From Pseudomonadota bacterium (lineage in GTDB: Bacteria; Myxococcota; JACRCW01; JAFGSX01), in contig JBDRCO010000113.1 in the NCBI GenBank assembly GCA_043821645.1, positions 151,053 to 215,052 of the forward strand: a stretch of 64,000 nucleotides of DNA, given 5' to 3'. The translations under genes were made by a program, and so were the position numbers. Below, in pieces: positions 51,496 to 61,603 of this stretch. Each line of letters starts with the position of its first letter. The first letter of the stretch is position 1. The notes beneath the pieces were generated by a model. It saw only the letters and a list, made by a program, of their open reading frames with translations, had not been told where the DNA came from and did not search any database.

Positions 51496-53322
51496 TTGAA
51501 GTTCTATTGTGCGTTCCTGCTCGGCATCGCCCTCGCGTCACCGCTGCACGCCTTCAAGCTGATCGAGGGTCCCAAGTGGGACCTGGCCGACGGACCAATC
51601 GGCTACTACATCGATCCCGCGGGCAGCGACGACGTGAGCGATGGTTCGGATGTCGACGCCCTGAAGCTGGCTTTTCGCAACTGGGCCTGCGTGATGTGTT
51701 CGTCGATTCAGTTTCGCTACGACGGCGAGGTCTACAAGCCCTGCAACCCGGGCGGCAGCTGCCCGGGGGGCTTGTTCTGCCTGGACCTGGGCAACGGCAC
51801 GGGGGCCTGCGTGCCCCAGGACGCACGCATCGACGATCCCTCGGCGCTGACCGACCGCCTGAACCAGGTCGCCGAGGACGGCCACAACATGCTGTATTTC
51901 GTCGAGACCGAGGCCGACTGGCCTTTTGGACCGGGCACCATGTCGGCCTCGATCCTGGGCGTGTGTGAGCGCGGTGGCGGGCCCAGCGACTCGGACATCG
52001 TGTTCAACGGGGCGGACCATTCCTGGTCGAGCACGGACCCCATGTCCGCCGACGCGGACATCACCTCGATCGCCGCTCACGAGATCGGCCACTTCGTGGG
52101 TCTGGATCATCCCTGCGAGGACGAGAACAACACCGACACCTGCGTGCCCTCGGACCAGGCCATCATGTTCCCGGTCTACCCAGGAGGACTGGTGCGCGCA
52201 CCCCTGCCCGACGACCAGGCGGGCATCTGCGAGCTGTTCGGGCCGGGCAAGGAGGTGTGCGAGGGACGCAAGGTCACGGGCGAACCCTGTGCCCAGAATT
52301 GCGAGTGCGAGGCCAACCTGCGCTGCATTCTGGGGGAGGATGGCGGCCGCTACTGCGCTCCTCTGTGCGCCGGAGATGACTCGCACTGCCCGCGCGGCAT
52401 GGCCTGCATGCTGGCCTCGCGCCGCGGGTCCACTGGAGTGCCGGCGCAAGGAGCGTGTTCCAAGGTCATCGACATCAACGCCCTGCCACCGTCGGCGGCC
52501 TGCAACCGCGATCTGCAGTGCCAGAGCCGGAGTTGCACCATCGTGCCTGACCTCGGCCGCACCGCCTGCGTGCAGACCTGTCTGAGCAAGGATCAGTGCC
52601 CGGGAGGCTACCTCTGCGTGTCCAACACCTGCGTGGTCGCCAACCCGGATCACGGCGTGCCCTGTCCGGAAACCGAGAAGCCCGAGGAGTGCGGCTGCGG
52701 CCAGCTCGCGCGTCCGGCCTGGCTCGGTCTGTTCGCCCTGCTCGGCGGCCTTGCCCTGTGGCGGCGGCGACGCGGCCTGGGCAGCCTGGTGCTGCTGGCT
52801 GCTCTGCTGCCGGGGCTGGCGCAAGCGACGGTGGTGGCGCCGCTGGACCTCGATCGCATGATCGCGCTCTCGGACACGATCGTGAACGGCCGGGTCCTAG
52901 CGATCTCCGTCGAGGAGTTGACACCGCAAGGCCTGATCGTCACCCGTGTGCTGCTACGGGTGGACGAGGCCGTGGTCGGAGCCAGCACAGGCGAGGTGAT
53001 CGAGGTGCTGGTGCCCGGCGGAGACCTCGGCGCGCGCCGGCAGGTCGTCCCCGGCTCGCACCACTTCGCGGTCGGCGAGGAGGTCGTGCTCATGCTCAGC
53101 CGCTGGCGTGATCACCTGGTGCCGGTGGCCGTGGGGGTGGGAAAATTCTCGGTGCGCCGCACTGACGACGGACAGGCCTGGGTGCACGAGGTGAACACAG
53201 GCGTGCCGGCAGCACATGTCGATGGATCAGGGCACACTGTATTCGGGACCCGGGTCACCCTCCCGGACGTCCCGCTCGAGGATCTGATGCAGGAGCTGCG
53301 CGCCCGCGTCGCGCATCGCTAG
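51496..53322 (+). CDS. Matrixin (M10-like) Zn metalloprotease with Cys-rich repeats, internal MYXO-CTERM and a fused second exported domain
   Basis: Signal peptide (TTG start inferred); HEIGHFVGLDH plus Met-turn AIMFP; CGC...LLGGLALWRRRR; then a domain paralogous to 53329-54039. Confidence 0.8.
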   Translation: MKFYCAFLLGIALASPLHAFKLIEGPKWDLADGPIGYYIDPAGSDDVSDGSDVDALKLAFRNWACVMCSSIQFRYDGEVYKPCNPGGSCPGGLFCLDLGNGTGACVPQDARIDDPSALTDRLNQVAEDGHNMLYFVETEADWPFGPGTMSASILGVCERGGGPSDSDIVFNGADHSWSSTDPMSADADITSIAAHEIGHFVGLDHPCEDENNTDTCVPSDQAIMFPVYPGGLVRAPLPDDQAGICELFGPGKEVCEGRKVTGEPCAQNCECEANLRCILGEDGGRYCAPLCAGDDSHCPRGMACMLASRRGSTGVPAQGACSKVIDINALPPSAACNRDLQCQSRSCTIVPDLGRTACVQTCLSKDQCPGGYLCVSNTCVVANPDHGVPCPETEKPEECGCGQLARPAWLGLFALLGGLALWRRRRGLGSLVLLAALLPGLAQATVVAPLDLDRMIALSDTIVNGRVLAISVEELTPQGLIVTRVLLRVDEAVVGASTGEVIEVLVPGGDLGARRQVVPGSHHFAVGEEVVLMLSRWRDHLVPVAVGVGKFSVRRTDDGQAWVHEVNTGVPAAHVDGSGHTVFGTRVTLPDVPLEDLMQELRARVAHR

Positions 53323-53328
53323 GAGGTC

Positions 53329-54039
53329 ATGAAGATGAAATGGCAAGACCGCTGGACCACGGCCATCGTGTTGCTGGGCTTGAGCACCCTGACCGGCGCC
53401 GAGGTGCAGGCCACCACGGTGCTGGCCGTACCCCTGGAGCAGATGACGGCGGAGGCCGAGGTCGTTGTCCACGCCCGGGTCGGCGCACAGCAGGTGACCT
53501 GGGACCAGGACCACACACGCATCCTCACCCTGACCAGCATCGAGGTCATCGAGGGCATCAAGGGCGCACGCAAGGGCGACCTCCTCACCATCTACCAGGT
53601 CGCGGGCACGCTCGACGGTGTCACCTTCAGGATCCCTGGCGCGCTGGACTTCGCGCCCGGTGACGAGATGGTCTTCTTTGCGCAGCGCTTCGAGGACAAG
53701 ATCGTCAGCTACGGCATGGGCCTGGGCAAGTATCGCGTTCAGGGCCAGGGGCCGGACAAGGTGGTGATGCCGGAGTTCGGCGACGTGACCTTCGTCAAGC
53801 GTGACAGCGACGGAAGTTATGTTCCCGGCGGCGCTCCCCCCGAGGTGGTGCTGCCTCTGGCGGCCTTCCTGTCCAGGCTTCGGACCGAGCTTGAGCACCC
53901 GACCTGGCAGCCCACGCCTCGCCTGCGCACCCGCGCGCACCCGGACAGCAATGGTGCAGGCGGGATGAATCGCGCCGGACCTGCGTCGGCGAGACAGAGG
54001 GTACCCGACGCCCCCTCGGGCAAGGGAGGTGCGCGATGA
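53329..54039 (+). CDS. Secreted matrixin-associated protein (possible TIMP/NTR-like fold)
   Basis: AGGAGG RBS; signal peptide VQA|TT; LEQMTAEAEVVVHARV...AGTLDG....IPG...F..GDE. Confidence 0.72.
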   Translation: MKMKWQDRWTTAIVLLGLSTLTGAEVQATTVLAVPLEQMTAEAEVVVHARVGAQQVTWDQDHTRILTLTSIEVIEGIKGARKGDLLTIYQVAGTLDGVTFRIPGALDFAPGDEMVFFAQRFEDKIVSYGMGLGKYRVQGQGPDKVVMPEFGDVTFVKRDSDGSYVPGGAPPEVVLPLAAFLSRLRTELEHPTWQPTPRLRTRAHPDSNGAGGMNRAGPASARQRVPDAPSGKGGAR

Positions 54040-56297
54040 AGAAGCTCCTCCTCGTCGTCACGATGCTGTCCCTCGCGGCACCTGCCGCTGCCTACGAGTT
54101 CCTGCAGTGTGGCTGGCGCATCACCGGCTGGTACAACAACGGCTGTCCCGCGGGCAGCAAGGACAGCGACAGCTGCGGCTGCGGCGCCAGTGCCGCACCC
54201 AGGTGGTACGGATCGCAGCTCACTATGAAGGTCGAGAACGAGGGCAACAACGGCATCAGCGCCACGCAGTTCGTGCAGGCTGGCCGTGAGTCGGCCCAGG
54301 CCTGGAGCAACGTGTCCTGCTCCAGCTTCGCCTTCGACGCCAGCCAGACCCTGGCCGCCAACAGCGACGCGCGCTGGGGGAATCACAACAACAGCGACAG
54401 CGAGCACGGTCTGTTCTGGGTGTCTACCGAGACCGAGTGGCAACGCGTCACTGGTTCCGGCGCCGGCGGTACCCTGGGCGTGACGGTCTCACCCTACGGT
54501 GGCTATGGCTGCACCGATCGCAGCTTCTACGACACCGATATCCTCATCAATGGCTTCCTTTACGAGGGCTGGTCCTACAACGGCGTCAAGAGCACGGTCA
54601 TGCACGAGATGGGGCACTCGCTGGGCCTGGGCCACCCCTGCCTCATGGGCCTGCTCACGGGCCAGTGCTCTGGCGAGTGCCAGGCCCTGATGGGCGCCAC
54701 GGGCGGCGAGTTCACCACACCGCAGCAGGATGACATCAACGGCATCTGCCAGCTCTACCCTGGTACCGCGGGAGGGCTCGGCGCCTCGTGCAGCTCGCCC
54801 AGCAATTGTCAGAGCGCACCCATCTGCGTCACCTATGACGGCTTCAGCTACTGCACGCACACCTGCGGCAGCTGCGAGGACGGCTACGAGTGCAAGAACG
54901 TCAACAGCCAGGACGTGTGCGTGCGCAAGGGCGCGCCCTCGGCCGGCGACGTGTGCACAGGCGTGTGCGCCACCGGAGCGATCTGTGTGCGCGACGGCGG
55001 CACGGACCAGGCGCCCATCGCCCACTGCTACGTCTCGTGCACGCCCCCCTCGACTGCGGGCTGCCCGACCGACAACCGCTGTGTCGAGCTCGACGGCGGT
55101 GGTGGCATCTGCTGGCCGGCGGGGACACAGCAGGCCGGGGAGCTGTGCGGCACGGCGCAGACCGGCGACTGTGCCACGGGCCTGGTGTGCCTCGGTGACG
55201 ATCCCAACAACAACACCATCGCGCACTGCTATCGCGAGTGCGATGAGACCAGACCCTCGTCTTGCGGCACGGGTTTCCTGTGCTACGACATCGGCTCGAA
55301 CACCGGTGTGTGCCTGCAGGCCGCGGGCCCCAACCAGGCCTGCGAGCCCCCCGCAGCGGACTACACCTGCGAATCGGGCTGGGAGTGCACACCGCCGCCG
55401 GATGGCGGGGATACCTACGTGTGCAACCGCGCCTGCACCATCAACCAGCCCACGTCCTGCGGCGAGGGTGAGACGTGCATCACCTATGTCAATGCCCAGA
55501 ACGAGCCTGTGGCTGCCGCCTGCTACCCCGAGGGGAACAAGCTGGAAGGCGAGATCTGCGTCACCGGCTACGACTGCGCCCCCAACCTGGTGTGTGTGCG
55601 GGTGTCGTCGACACGCACCGAGTGCCTGGTGCAGTGCGTACCATCGTCGCCAAACTGCCCGCACAGTGGACAGACCTGCGAGGCCCTGCAGAGCGGCGAG
55701 GGCATCTGCTTCCCGGCAGGAGGCAGCACCACCAGCGACGGCGGGACCACCACCACCGACGCTGCGAGCAGCGGCGACTCCGGTGTGGTCAACCCCAATG
55801 GCCGCGACTACATGGAGCCCTGCAGCCAGGACGGCGACTGCAAGTTCAACCTGTGCAGGGGAGTGGCCGGCCGCGGCACCATCTGCCTGCAACCCTGCGA
55901 CCCCCGCCTGGGTCACTACGACTGTCCAACCTCGGACGATTCGGGCTGCGTGCCCGAGGATGTCACCGCGCTCAACTTCGGCGGCACCTGCCAGCCCGAT
56001 GTCAGCGATCAGGCCTCCCTGGGCGTGGGCCAGTCCTGTTCGGTGGATGACGGCTATCGCCTGTGCTCGAGCGGATTGTGCGAGAACGGGACCTGTCTGA
56101 TGGTGTGCAACAACACGCAGTGTCCGACGAGCTACGAGTGCGACATGTCCGAGATCGAGGATCCGGGCGTGTGCCGCCCGCTGCGCCAGGCGCCCCTGTG
56201 CGGCTGCGCCACCACGGGTTCCGAGGCCCTGGCCTTGAGCCCACTTCTCGCCGGCCTGCTGCTGTGGCGTCGGCGCCGAGGCGCGGGCGCGCGCTGA
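54036..56297 (+). CDS. Matrixin Zn metalloprotease with extensive Cys-rich repeats and C-terminal MYXO-CTERM
   Basis: Signal AAA|YE; HEMGHSLGLGH plus ALMG Met-turn; CGC...LLLWRRRR C-terminus. Confidence 0.87.
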   Translation: MKKLLLVVTMLSLAAPAAAYEFLQCGWRITGWYNNGCPAGSKDSDSCGCGASAAPRWYGSQLTMKVENEGNNGISATQFVQAGRESAQAWSNVSCSSFAFDASQTLAANSDARWGNHNNSDSEHGLFWVSTETEWQRVTGSGAGGTLGVTVSPYGGYGCTDRSFYDTDILINGFLYEGWSYNGVKSTVMHEMGHSLGLGHPCLMGLLTGQCSGECQALMGATGGEFTTPQQDDINGICQLYPGTAGGLGASCSSPSNCQSAPICVTYDGFSYCTHTCGSCEDGYECKNVNSQDVCVRKGAPSAGDVCTGVCATGAICVRDGGTDQAPIAHCYVSCTPPSTAGCPTDNRCVELDGGGGICWPAGTQQAGELCGTAQTGDCATGLVCLGDDPNNNTIAHCYRECDETRPSSCGTGFLCYDIGSNTGVCLQAAGPNQACEPPAADYTCESGWECTPPPDGGDTYVCNRACTINQPTSCGEGETCITYVNAQNEPVAAACYPEGNKLEGEICVTGYDCAPNLVCVRVSSTRTECLVQCVPSSPNCPHSGQTCEALQSGEGICFPAGGSTTSDGGTTTTDAASSGDSGVVNPNGRDYMEPCSQDGDCKFNLCRGVAGRGTICLQPCDPRLGHYDCPTSDDSGCVPEDVTALNFGGTCQPDVSDQASLGVGQSCSVDDGYRLCSSGLCENGTCLMVCNNTQCPTSYECDMSEIEDPGVCRPLRQAPLCGCATTGSEALALSPLLAGLLLWRRRRGAGAR

Positions 56298-56372
56298 AGC
56301 CGCGGACACCCCGCCCACCCGGAACCCACTGAGTCTGTGCCAAGACCGTCCGGCGACTGATCGCGCCCGGGC

Positions 56373-58034
56373 TCAACGCGCGCGGAATACCGTATACAGC
56401 GCCACGCCGTCGACGCGCTTCTCGTACGCGACGGTGCGCCGAGCGCTGCGTGCCAGGAGCTCGGGGTAGCTGGCCCAGCGCCGTTCGTGCACCAGCACGT
56501 ACAGATCTGCACTGTCCTGGTCGACCACTCGCAGGTCTGGACGCAGGTAGCCGTCGCGCGCCAGCCAGCGGTAGGTCTTGACGTATTCCTTGTTGTTGGG
56601 CTCGAAGTGCAGCGTGGCACCCTTGGGCGCGTTGGCGTCGAGCCAGGCCGCCAGTTCCTTGTCCGCGACGTCGTAGTACTGGCGCTCGAAGCCGATGGCT
56701 GTGGCCCCGCGGAGCCCTCCGATGCCCGCTCCGTAGTAGGACAGGCCAAAGGGGTGGCTGCTCGACGTGGCGACGGCCGCCGGCACGATGACGATCACGG
56801 CGATGGCCACCGGAAGCAGGCTCGCGCGTACGGCCAGGCGCGGCCACTGCTGCACCAGTGCCCGGGCCATGGTGTCGACCCCCACGCCGACGAGCGCAGC
56901 CACGAAGGGGAAGAAGGGCAGGAACAGCTTGACGCCGCCGTACTTGGGCGCTCCCAGAAAGGCCACGACACCTATGGTGACCGCCAGGTTGAGCAGCACG
57001 AAGAGCGCCCGCGCGCCCTCCTCGTCGGCACCACTGCGCAGGAACCGGGACAGCCCGCGCAGTCCGAGCAGGCCCGCCGCTGCCGCTGCCACCAGCACCA
57101 GGGGCGTGGTGGCCCAGGCCAGCACGAAGGGCGCGTGCCACGGCGCGAAGGGCTTCTCGTAGATGTGGCCCAGGTAATACAGGTAGATCGGATAGTGGTT
57201 GAGGTGGAAGGCGACGTAGGCCCCGATGCGCTGGAAGGAGTCGAACCACAGATGTGGCCACAGCGCCACGAACACCAGGGGGCCCGCGATCACCATGCTG
57301 AGCAGGGACAGCGGCACCGCGGGCAGGACCAGGGTGGCCCCGTCGCTGCGCCGCACCTGCCGCCAGCGTTCGAGCGCCAGGAACAGGACGATGGGAATCA
57401 AGGCGAAGGGCGCGTTGAGCTTGGTCAGCAGGGCCAGTCCGAAAACCGGACCCGAGGCCAGCGCCCAGAAGCGGGAACTGCGGCCGCGCCAGAACGCATA
57501 GCAGGTGGCGAAGTAGAGGGTGGCCACGGGCACGTCGAGGGTCGCCACGTGACTGTGGAAGAAGAAGCGAGGCATGCAGAACAGCGCCAGCACCGCCGCA
57601 GTGGCGGCCACGGGCCCCCGCCAGGCATGCACGAAGGACGCGAGCAAGAACGCCAGGATCGCCGCCAGGGCCACCACTCCGGCGCGCGCGGCGTCGAGGC
57701 CGGGCAGCACATTCGTCCAGCGATGCAGCACGGTGTAGCTCAGGCCCATGGCCCACTTGGCCAGGGGCGGGTGCTCCTTGTTGCGGCTGTAGGCGCGATC
57801 GACGCCGGCCCTGGTGTAGGCCTCGCGGTCGCCGGTCAGCATGCGGCCCAGGTGCTCGACGTAGGCAATGCCCGCCGGGGCATAGAAGTCGTCGTCGTCG
57901 GTGATGCCGGTGGAGCGCAGGGTCGCCAGCAACCAGCTCGCCACGAACAGCGCGAGCAGCAGCGAAAGCAAGCGCCGTCCCCTGTCGACAGACCAGAAGG
58001 CGCGCAAGGCCTGGGCCATCCCCGCCGTGGTCAT
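56373..58034 (-). CDS. Glycosyltransferase family 39 (ArnT/PMT-like, GT-C)
   Basis: TDDDDFY, EHPPLAKW, ATLDVP, GLALLTK; multiple TM helices. Confidence 0.82.
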   Translation of the reverse strand: MTTAGMAQALRAFWSVDRGRRLLSLLLALFVASWLLATLRSTGITDDDDFYAPAGIAYVEHLGRMLTGDREAYTRAGVDRAYSRNKEHPPLAKWAMGLSYTVLHRWTNVLPGLDAARAGVVALAAILAFLLASFVHAWRGPVAATAAVLALFCMPRFFFHSHVATLDVPVATLYFATCYAFWRGRSSRFWALASGPVFGLALLTKLNAPFALIPIVLFLALERWRQVRRSDGATLVLPAVPLSLLSMVIAGPLVFVALWPHLWFDSFQRIGAYVAFHLNHYPIYLYYLGHIYEKPFAPWHAPFVLAWATTPLVLVAAAAAGLLGLRGLSRFLRSGADEEGARALFVLLNLAVTIGVVAFLGAPKYGGVKLFLPFFPFVAALVGVGVDTMARALVQQWPRLAVRASLLPVAIAVIVIVPAAVATSSSHPFGLSYYGAGIGGLRGATAIGFERQYYDVADKELAAWLDANAPKGATLHFEPNNKEYVKTYRWLARDGYLRPDLRVVDQDSADLYVLVHERRWASYPELLARSARRTVAYEKRVDGVALYTVFRAR

Positions 58035-59053
58035 GGCGTCACCCCTTCGACTGGTCGCAGCGGCGGTTCCTGCTTGAGCGGACGCGCGCGCTGCAGCGGA
58101 GCCCCGGTCGGGGATTTGGCATCGACGGCTTGCAGATCGATGCAGAAGTGGCGGGCTCCGTCGCCCGACGTGCGGATCTCGACCACCAGACGCTGCGTCG
58201 CGGTGTCCTGATCGAGCGTGATCTGGTGTTCCTGATAGCCCACCTCATTGCGCTGGGTATAGCTGCCCAGAGGGCGGTCGTCGGCGCGAAGCTCGAGTTC
58301 GACGGGCTTGCCGCCGGGAGCCTGGGCGGCACTGTCCGCGAGTCCGTGCAGCACCGTCAGCTGCTTCAGTGCTCGAGGCCAGGGCAGGTCGATGAGGAGC
58401 TTGCCGGCAGTGATCGGGTGAGCCCACAGGCAACGCCGGGGGCGTCCACCAATGGCCAGGGTGGTCGGGCCGACGTGATTCCATTCGGGCAGCGAGGGGC
58501 AGCGATAGGTCTGGGTGGCGACATCGAAGTCATCGCAGGGCACGACCCGATCCGCGAGCTCGAAGCGGGCGTGCAGTGCTGCGATGTCGTCGAGCAGCAG
58601 CGATCGGCCGCTGCGACCACCCGCCTCGGGGACCTCCGCGCTGCTGGCCGCGGCCGCAGCCTCGAACAGACGCAGGCGCAGCGCACCGACCTGGCTCTCC
58701 TGGTGCGGAATCAGCGCCGAGAAAGCGGCCGGACCGGGGGACCAGCCTGCCTCGACCAGCAGCAGTCGCCCGGCAGGAGCACCTTGATGGACAGGCGCCG
58801 CGAGCCTGACGTCGGCATCACCCAGGCCCTGCCGCAGTCTCTCGACGACATCGTCCCGCCATGGGGGATGCACCACGATCACGGCGCCCTGGCGGCGTTC
58901 CTGGAGCCAGCGCAGAGCCTCGGCCAGGTCCGCGTCCGAGATCGCGGCGTCCCTCGAGAACAGGCGCACGGCGAGGGTCCCCAGCAGGGCCAGGATGATC
59001 AGAGTGAGCCCCAGCAGGCCACGCCATCGTGCTTGTGTGCTGTCCTCGAGCAT
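58031..59053 (-). CDS. Hypothetical membrane-anchored periplasmic protein
   Basis: N-terminal TM helix; C-terminal beta-sandwich-like domain (CLWAHP...HFC); ATGA overlap with the GT39 gene. Confidence 0.68.
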   Translation of the reverse strand: MLEDSTQARWRGLLGLTLIILALLGTLAVRLFSRDAAISDADLAEALRWLQERRQGAVIVVHPPWRDDVVERLRQGLGDADVRLAAPVHQGAPAGRLLLVEAGWSPGPAAFSALIPHQESQVGALRLRLFEAAAAASSAEVPEAGGRSGRSLLLDDIAALHARFELADRVVPCDDFDVATQTYRCPSLPEWNHVGPTTLAIGGRPRRCLWAHPITAGKLLIDLPWPRALKQLTVLHGLADSAAQAPGGKPVELELRADDRPLGSYTQRNEVGYQEHQITLDQDTATQRLVVEIRTSGDGARHFCIDLQAVDAKSPTGAPLQRARPLKQEPPLRPVEGVTP

Positions 59054-59117
59054 GGCCCGGCCTTGTAGCATCCCTGTGCCTGCACCTCAACGCGGGTGCC
59101 GCCGCGTCGAGGAGGTG

Positions 59118-61460
59118 CTACTCGGACTCGCTCTCGAGATCCGAGGCCTCGGCATCGAGCAAGGTGGGCTGCTCGGGCGAGGTGGCGACCACGGGGAAGA
59201 AGCTCGGGGCCTCCTGCTGAAAAGCCTCGGCGCTTCTAAAATAATAGTCCTCTTGCAGGATCTGGGGCGGTGCGGCGGACTGCCAGTGAATGGTCTGGCT
59301 GCGGTGCATGATGAAGGCTCCACCACCCTTGCGATACTCGGCGCGCAGCTCGTAGATCTCGTGCGGCGCGCTCCCCATGGCGCGCACCTGGCGCACCAGC
59401 AGGCCGCCGTGCTGCTCGCGCAGCAGGATCAGGTGTGCGGTCTGGTCGTTGTTGTGGGCAAAGCGGCCTCGGCGCCACAGGGCCAGGCCCGACTCCGTGG
59501 TGTCGACGAACTCGCCGGCGCCCGCCTGTTGCCAGGCCTCGGTGAGCACGCGCTGGGCCAGGGGAAGCAGGCGGGGCAAGTGCAACCTGGGTCGCACCAG
59601 TCCGGTGCGCGCCGCGAGCTCCGCATTCCAGTCGTCGCCGACGTGGTGGTGGAAGTGATACACGCCGCCGATGTAGACCCCGCGCAGGCTGAAGCTCTGC
59701 TGCAGGTGCACGTTGGCGAGCGAGCGCTTGGTCGCGGTGAGCAGGAGCGATTCACTGCGCGCCAGGATGGGCACCGGCCCCCACAGCACGCGGATGCTCA
59801 TGCGCTGCGCCTGGAACGGGTCGCCACTGACCTGTATGGCGACGGCCCGGGGGCTGTGGTCGAGGTGCAGGTACTCGATCTCGATGCTCTCCCCTTCCTT
59901 GATCGCAACCTGGTGTTCGGGCTGCAGGGTCAGGAACGTCCCGCCGCCCGCCAGGGTTCCCACACCGAGCCCGGTGACGTGGAGCAGGCGCGCCAGCACT
60001 CCCTTGATGATGGCCTCGGTGAAGCCGCCGAGGCCGCGCAGGTTGATGATGCGATGGCCACGCGTGTCGCGAGACCAGATGGGGGGCAACACGCACAGCG
60101 AACTCTGACCCGCAAAGGCCGTGGGATCCGTCGTCGGCACCGAGCCCACACCGGCGATGAAGGTGCGGTTGGTGTACAGGCCCTCGGCCATCTGCGCCTC
60201 GGTGAAGGACTTCTCGGTGCCGTTGGCGAAGCGGGATCGGATGCGCACCACCGTCGAGCCGAAGATGCCCTCGGCGATGATGGCAGCGGGGATGCGCTTG
60301 AGATAGCCCAGCATGCCCTTGGTCTTGTTCACCAGATCCGCGGTGAAGAAGCGTCCCGCGCCGGGGCCACCCGCGGCGTGACTGCTCACGCGCTGCCAGT
60401 CACCGTCGAAGGCCACCGCCGATAAGCGGGCCGGCACCACCACGCCGTCCGACGTGAAGTAGTGCACGAAGGCATCCACCACGCGCCGCTCGAGCCGACG
60501 GCGCACGGGGTCGAACAGATCGAAGCGTGTGATCAGCCCCGCCAGCAGGCTGTAGCCCCAGCCCGGAACCCCCGCGAACACCGCGTTGTCCGCCGCGGTA
60601 CCGGCCGGATAGGTGCAGATGCAGCGCACGAAGGGATACAGCCCCTGAAAGCTCCGCTCCAGATCTGCTCCAGCCAGACCCGCCAGATCGAAGCCATGCG
60701 GCCGTAGCAGCACCCGGTCAGGAAACAGCGCCGACAGCACGGCCAGCGCCAGCAGGGGATCCCCGAGCTCTCGACGCGCCTTGCGCGCCAGGCGTCGGGC
60801 CGAGACACGCCGGGCCAGCGCCCGCTCGATGGCCAGCCGCAGCAGCCAGATCTGCTTGATGGTGGCCTCGCTGGGGTCGATACGCTCGACCGCGGGCAGC
60901 GGGGAGCAGAAGGCCTCCCGGTAATCGGCCGGCAGCGTGGCCAGGGCCTGCTCGTCGAGAGAACCCAGGAGAATGGTGCCAGCCCGGTAATGCACGAGGT
61001 CCGGGTAGAAGGCCGCGTAGGCCGCGACGAGCACGTGGTGATCCAGGCTGCCATCGCCACTGACGACGAGAATATCGAGCGGCTTGCCCTCGCTGGCGAG
61101 GAGCTGCAGCGCCTCGCGAATGCGCTCCACCGAGGCCACGCGATCGGCGTCCGTGTCCACCTCGTGCAGGGAGAAGCCACGCGCGGCGAGGGCCTCGAAC
61201 AGACCCCGCGGAACCTTGTGGCGCTTGCCCGGGTGCATCACCACCAGCACGTTCCCGGGGGACCGGTCCTGGTGCATGGCCGCGCGCACGTAGAACTCGA
61301 CCCGGTCCGGGGGCAGCTCCGAGAAGGGCACGCTCGGCGGCGGAGCGGCAACCAGGGAGGTCACCGCGGGCGCTGGTAGGGCGGTCCCGGGCAGCAGCTC
61401 TGCGGGTCCGTCCTGATCTGCCCGGACTGCGCTAGCCGCGCGCTGCTCGCCATCTCCCAT
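59118..61460 (-). CDS. Large protein with a divergent diacylglycerol-kinase-like domain
   Basis: VVSGDGS resembles GGDGT; YPAGTAAD resembles P.GTGND; QVSGDP resembles Q.DGE. Confidence 0.62.
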   Translation of the reverse strand: MGDGEQRAASAVRADQDGPAELLPGTALPAPAVTSLVAAPPPSVPFSELPPDRVEFYVRAAMHQDRSPGNVLVVMHPGKRHKVPRGLFEALAARGFSLHEVDTDADRVASVERIREALQLLASEGKPLDILVVSGDGSLDHHVLVAAYAAFYPDLVHYRAGTILLGSLDEQALATLPADYREAFCSPLPAVERIDPSEATIKQIWLLRLAIERALARRVSARRLARKARRELGDPLLALAVLSALFPDRVLLRPHGFDLAGLAGADLERSFQGLYPFVRCICTYPAGTAADNAVFAGVPGWGYSLLAGLITRFDLFDPVRRRLERRVVDAFVHYFTSDGVVVPARLSAVAFDGDWQRVSSHAAGGPGAGRFFTADLVNKTKGMLGYLKRIPAAIIAEGIFGSTVVRIRSRFANGTEKSFTEAQMAEGLYTNRTFIAGVGSVPTTDPTAFAGQSSLCVLPPIWSRDTRGHRIINLRGLGGFTEAIIKGVLARLLHVTGLGVGTLAGGGTFLTLQPEHQVAIKEGESIEIEYLHLDHSPRAVAIQVSGDPFQAQRMSIRVLWGPVPILARSESLLLTATKRSLANVHLQQSFSLRGVYIGGVYHFHHHVGDDWNAELAARTGLVRPRLHLPRLLPLAQRVLTEAWQQAGAGEFVDTTESGLALWRRGRFAHNNDQTAHLILLREQHGGLLVRQVRAMGSAPHEIYELRAEYRKGGGAFIMHRSQTIHWQSAAPPQILQEDYYFRSAEAFQQEAPSFFPVVATSPEQPTLLDAEASDLESESE

Positions 61461-61570
61461 GGATCTGCCTGTGTGTTGCGCCGTCGGGGTCTCATTCTAA
61501 TGAGTGGGCTGCCACAGCGTCTTGAAAAAACGGCACTTTTCTCGAGGATGCCGGTCTGGGCCTGGCTCAC

Positions 61571-61598
61571 GGAACTTTTCTCAAGGGTCCGGCGTCAG
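61571..61598 (+). promoter_or_regulatory. ECF (sigmaE-type) promoter, likely autoregulatory
   Basis: GGAACT-N16-CGTCAG immediately upstream of the ECF sigma gene. Confidence 0.7.
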
Positions 61599-61603
61599 TT
61601 ACC

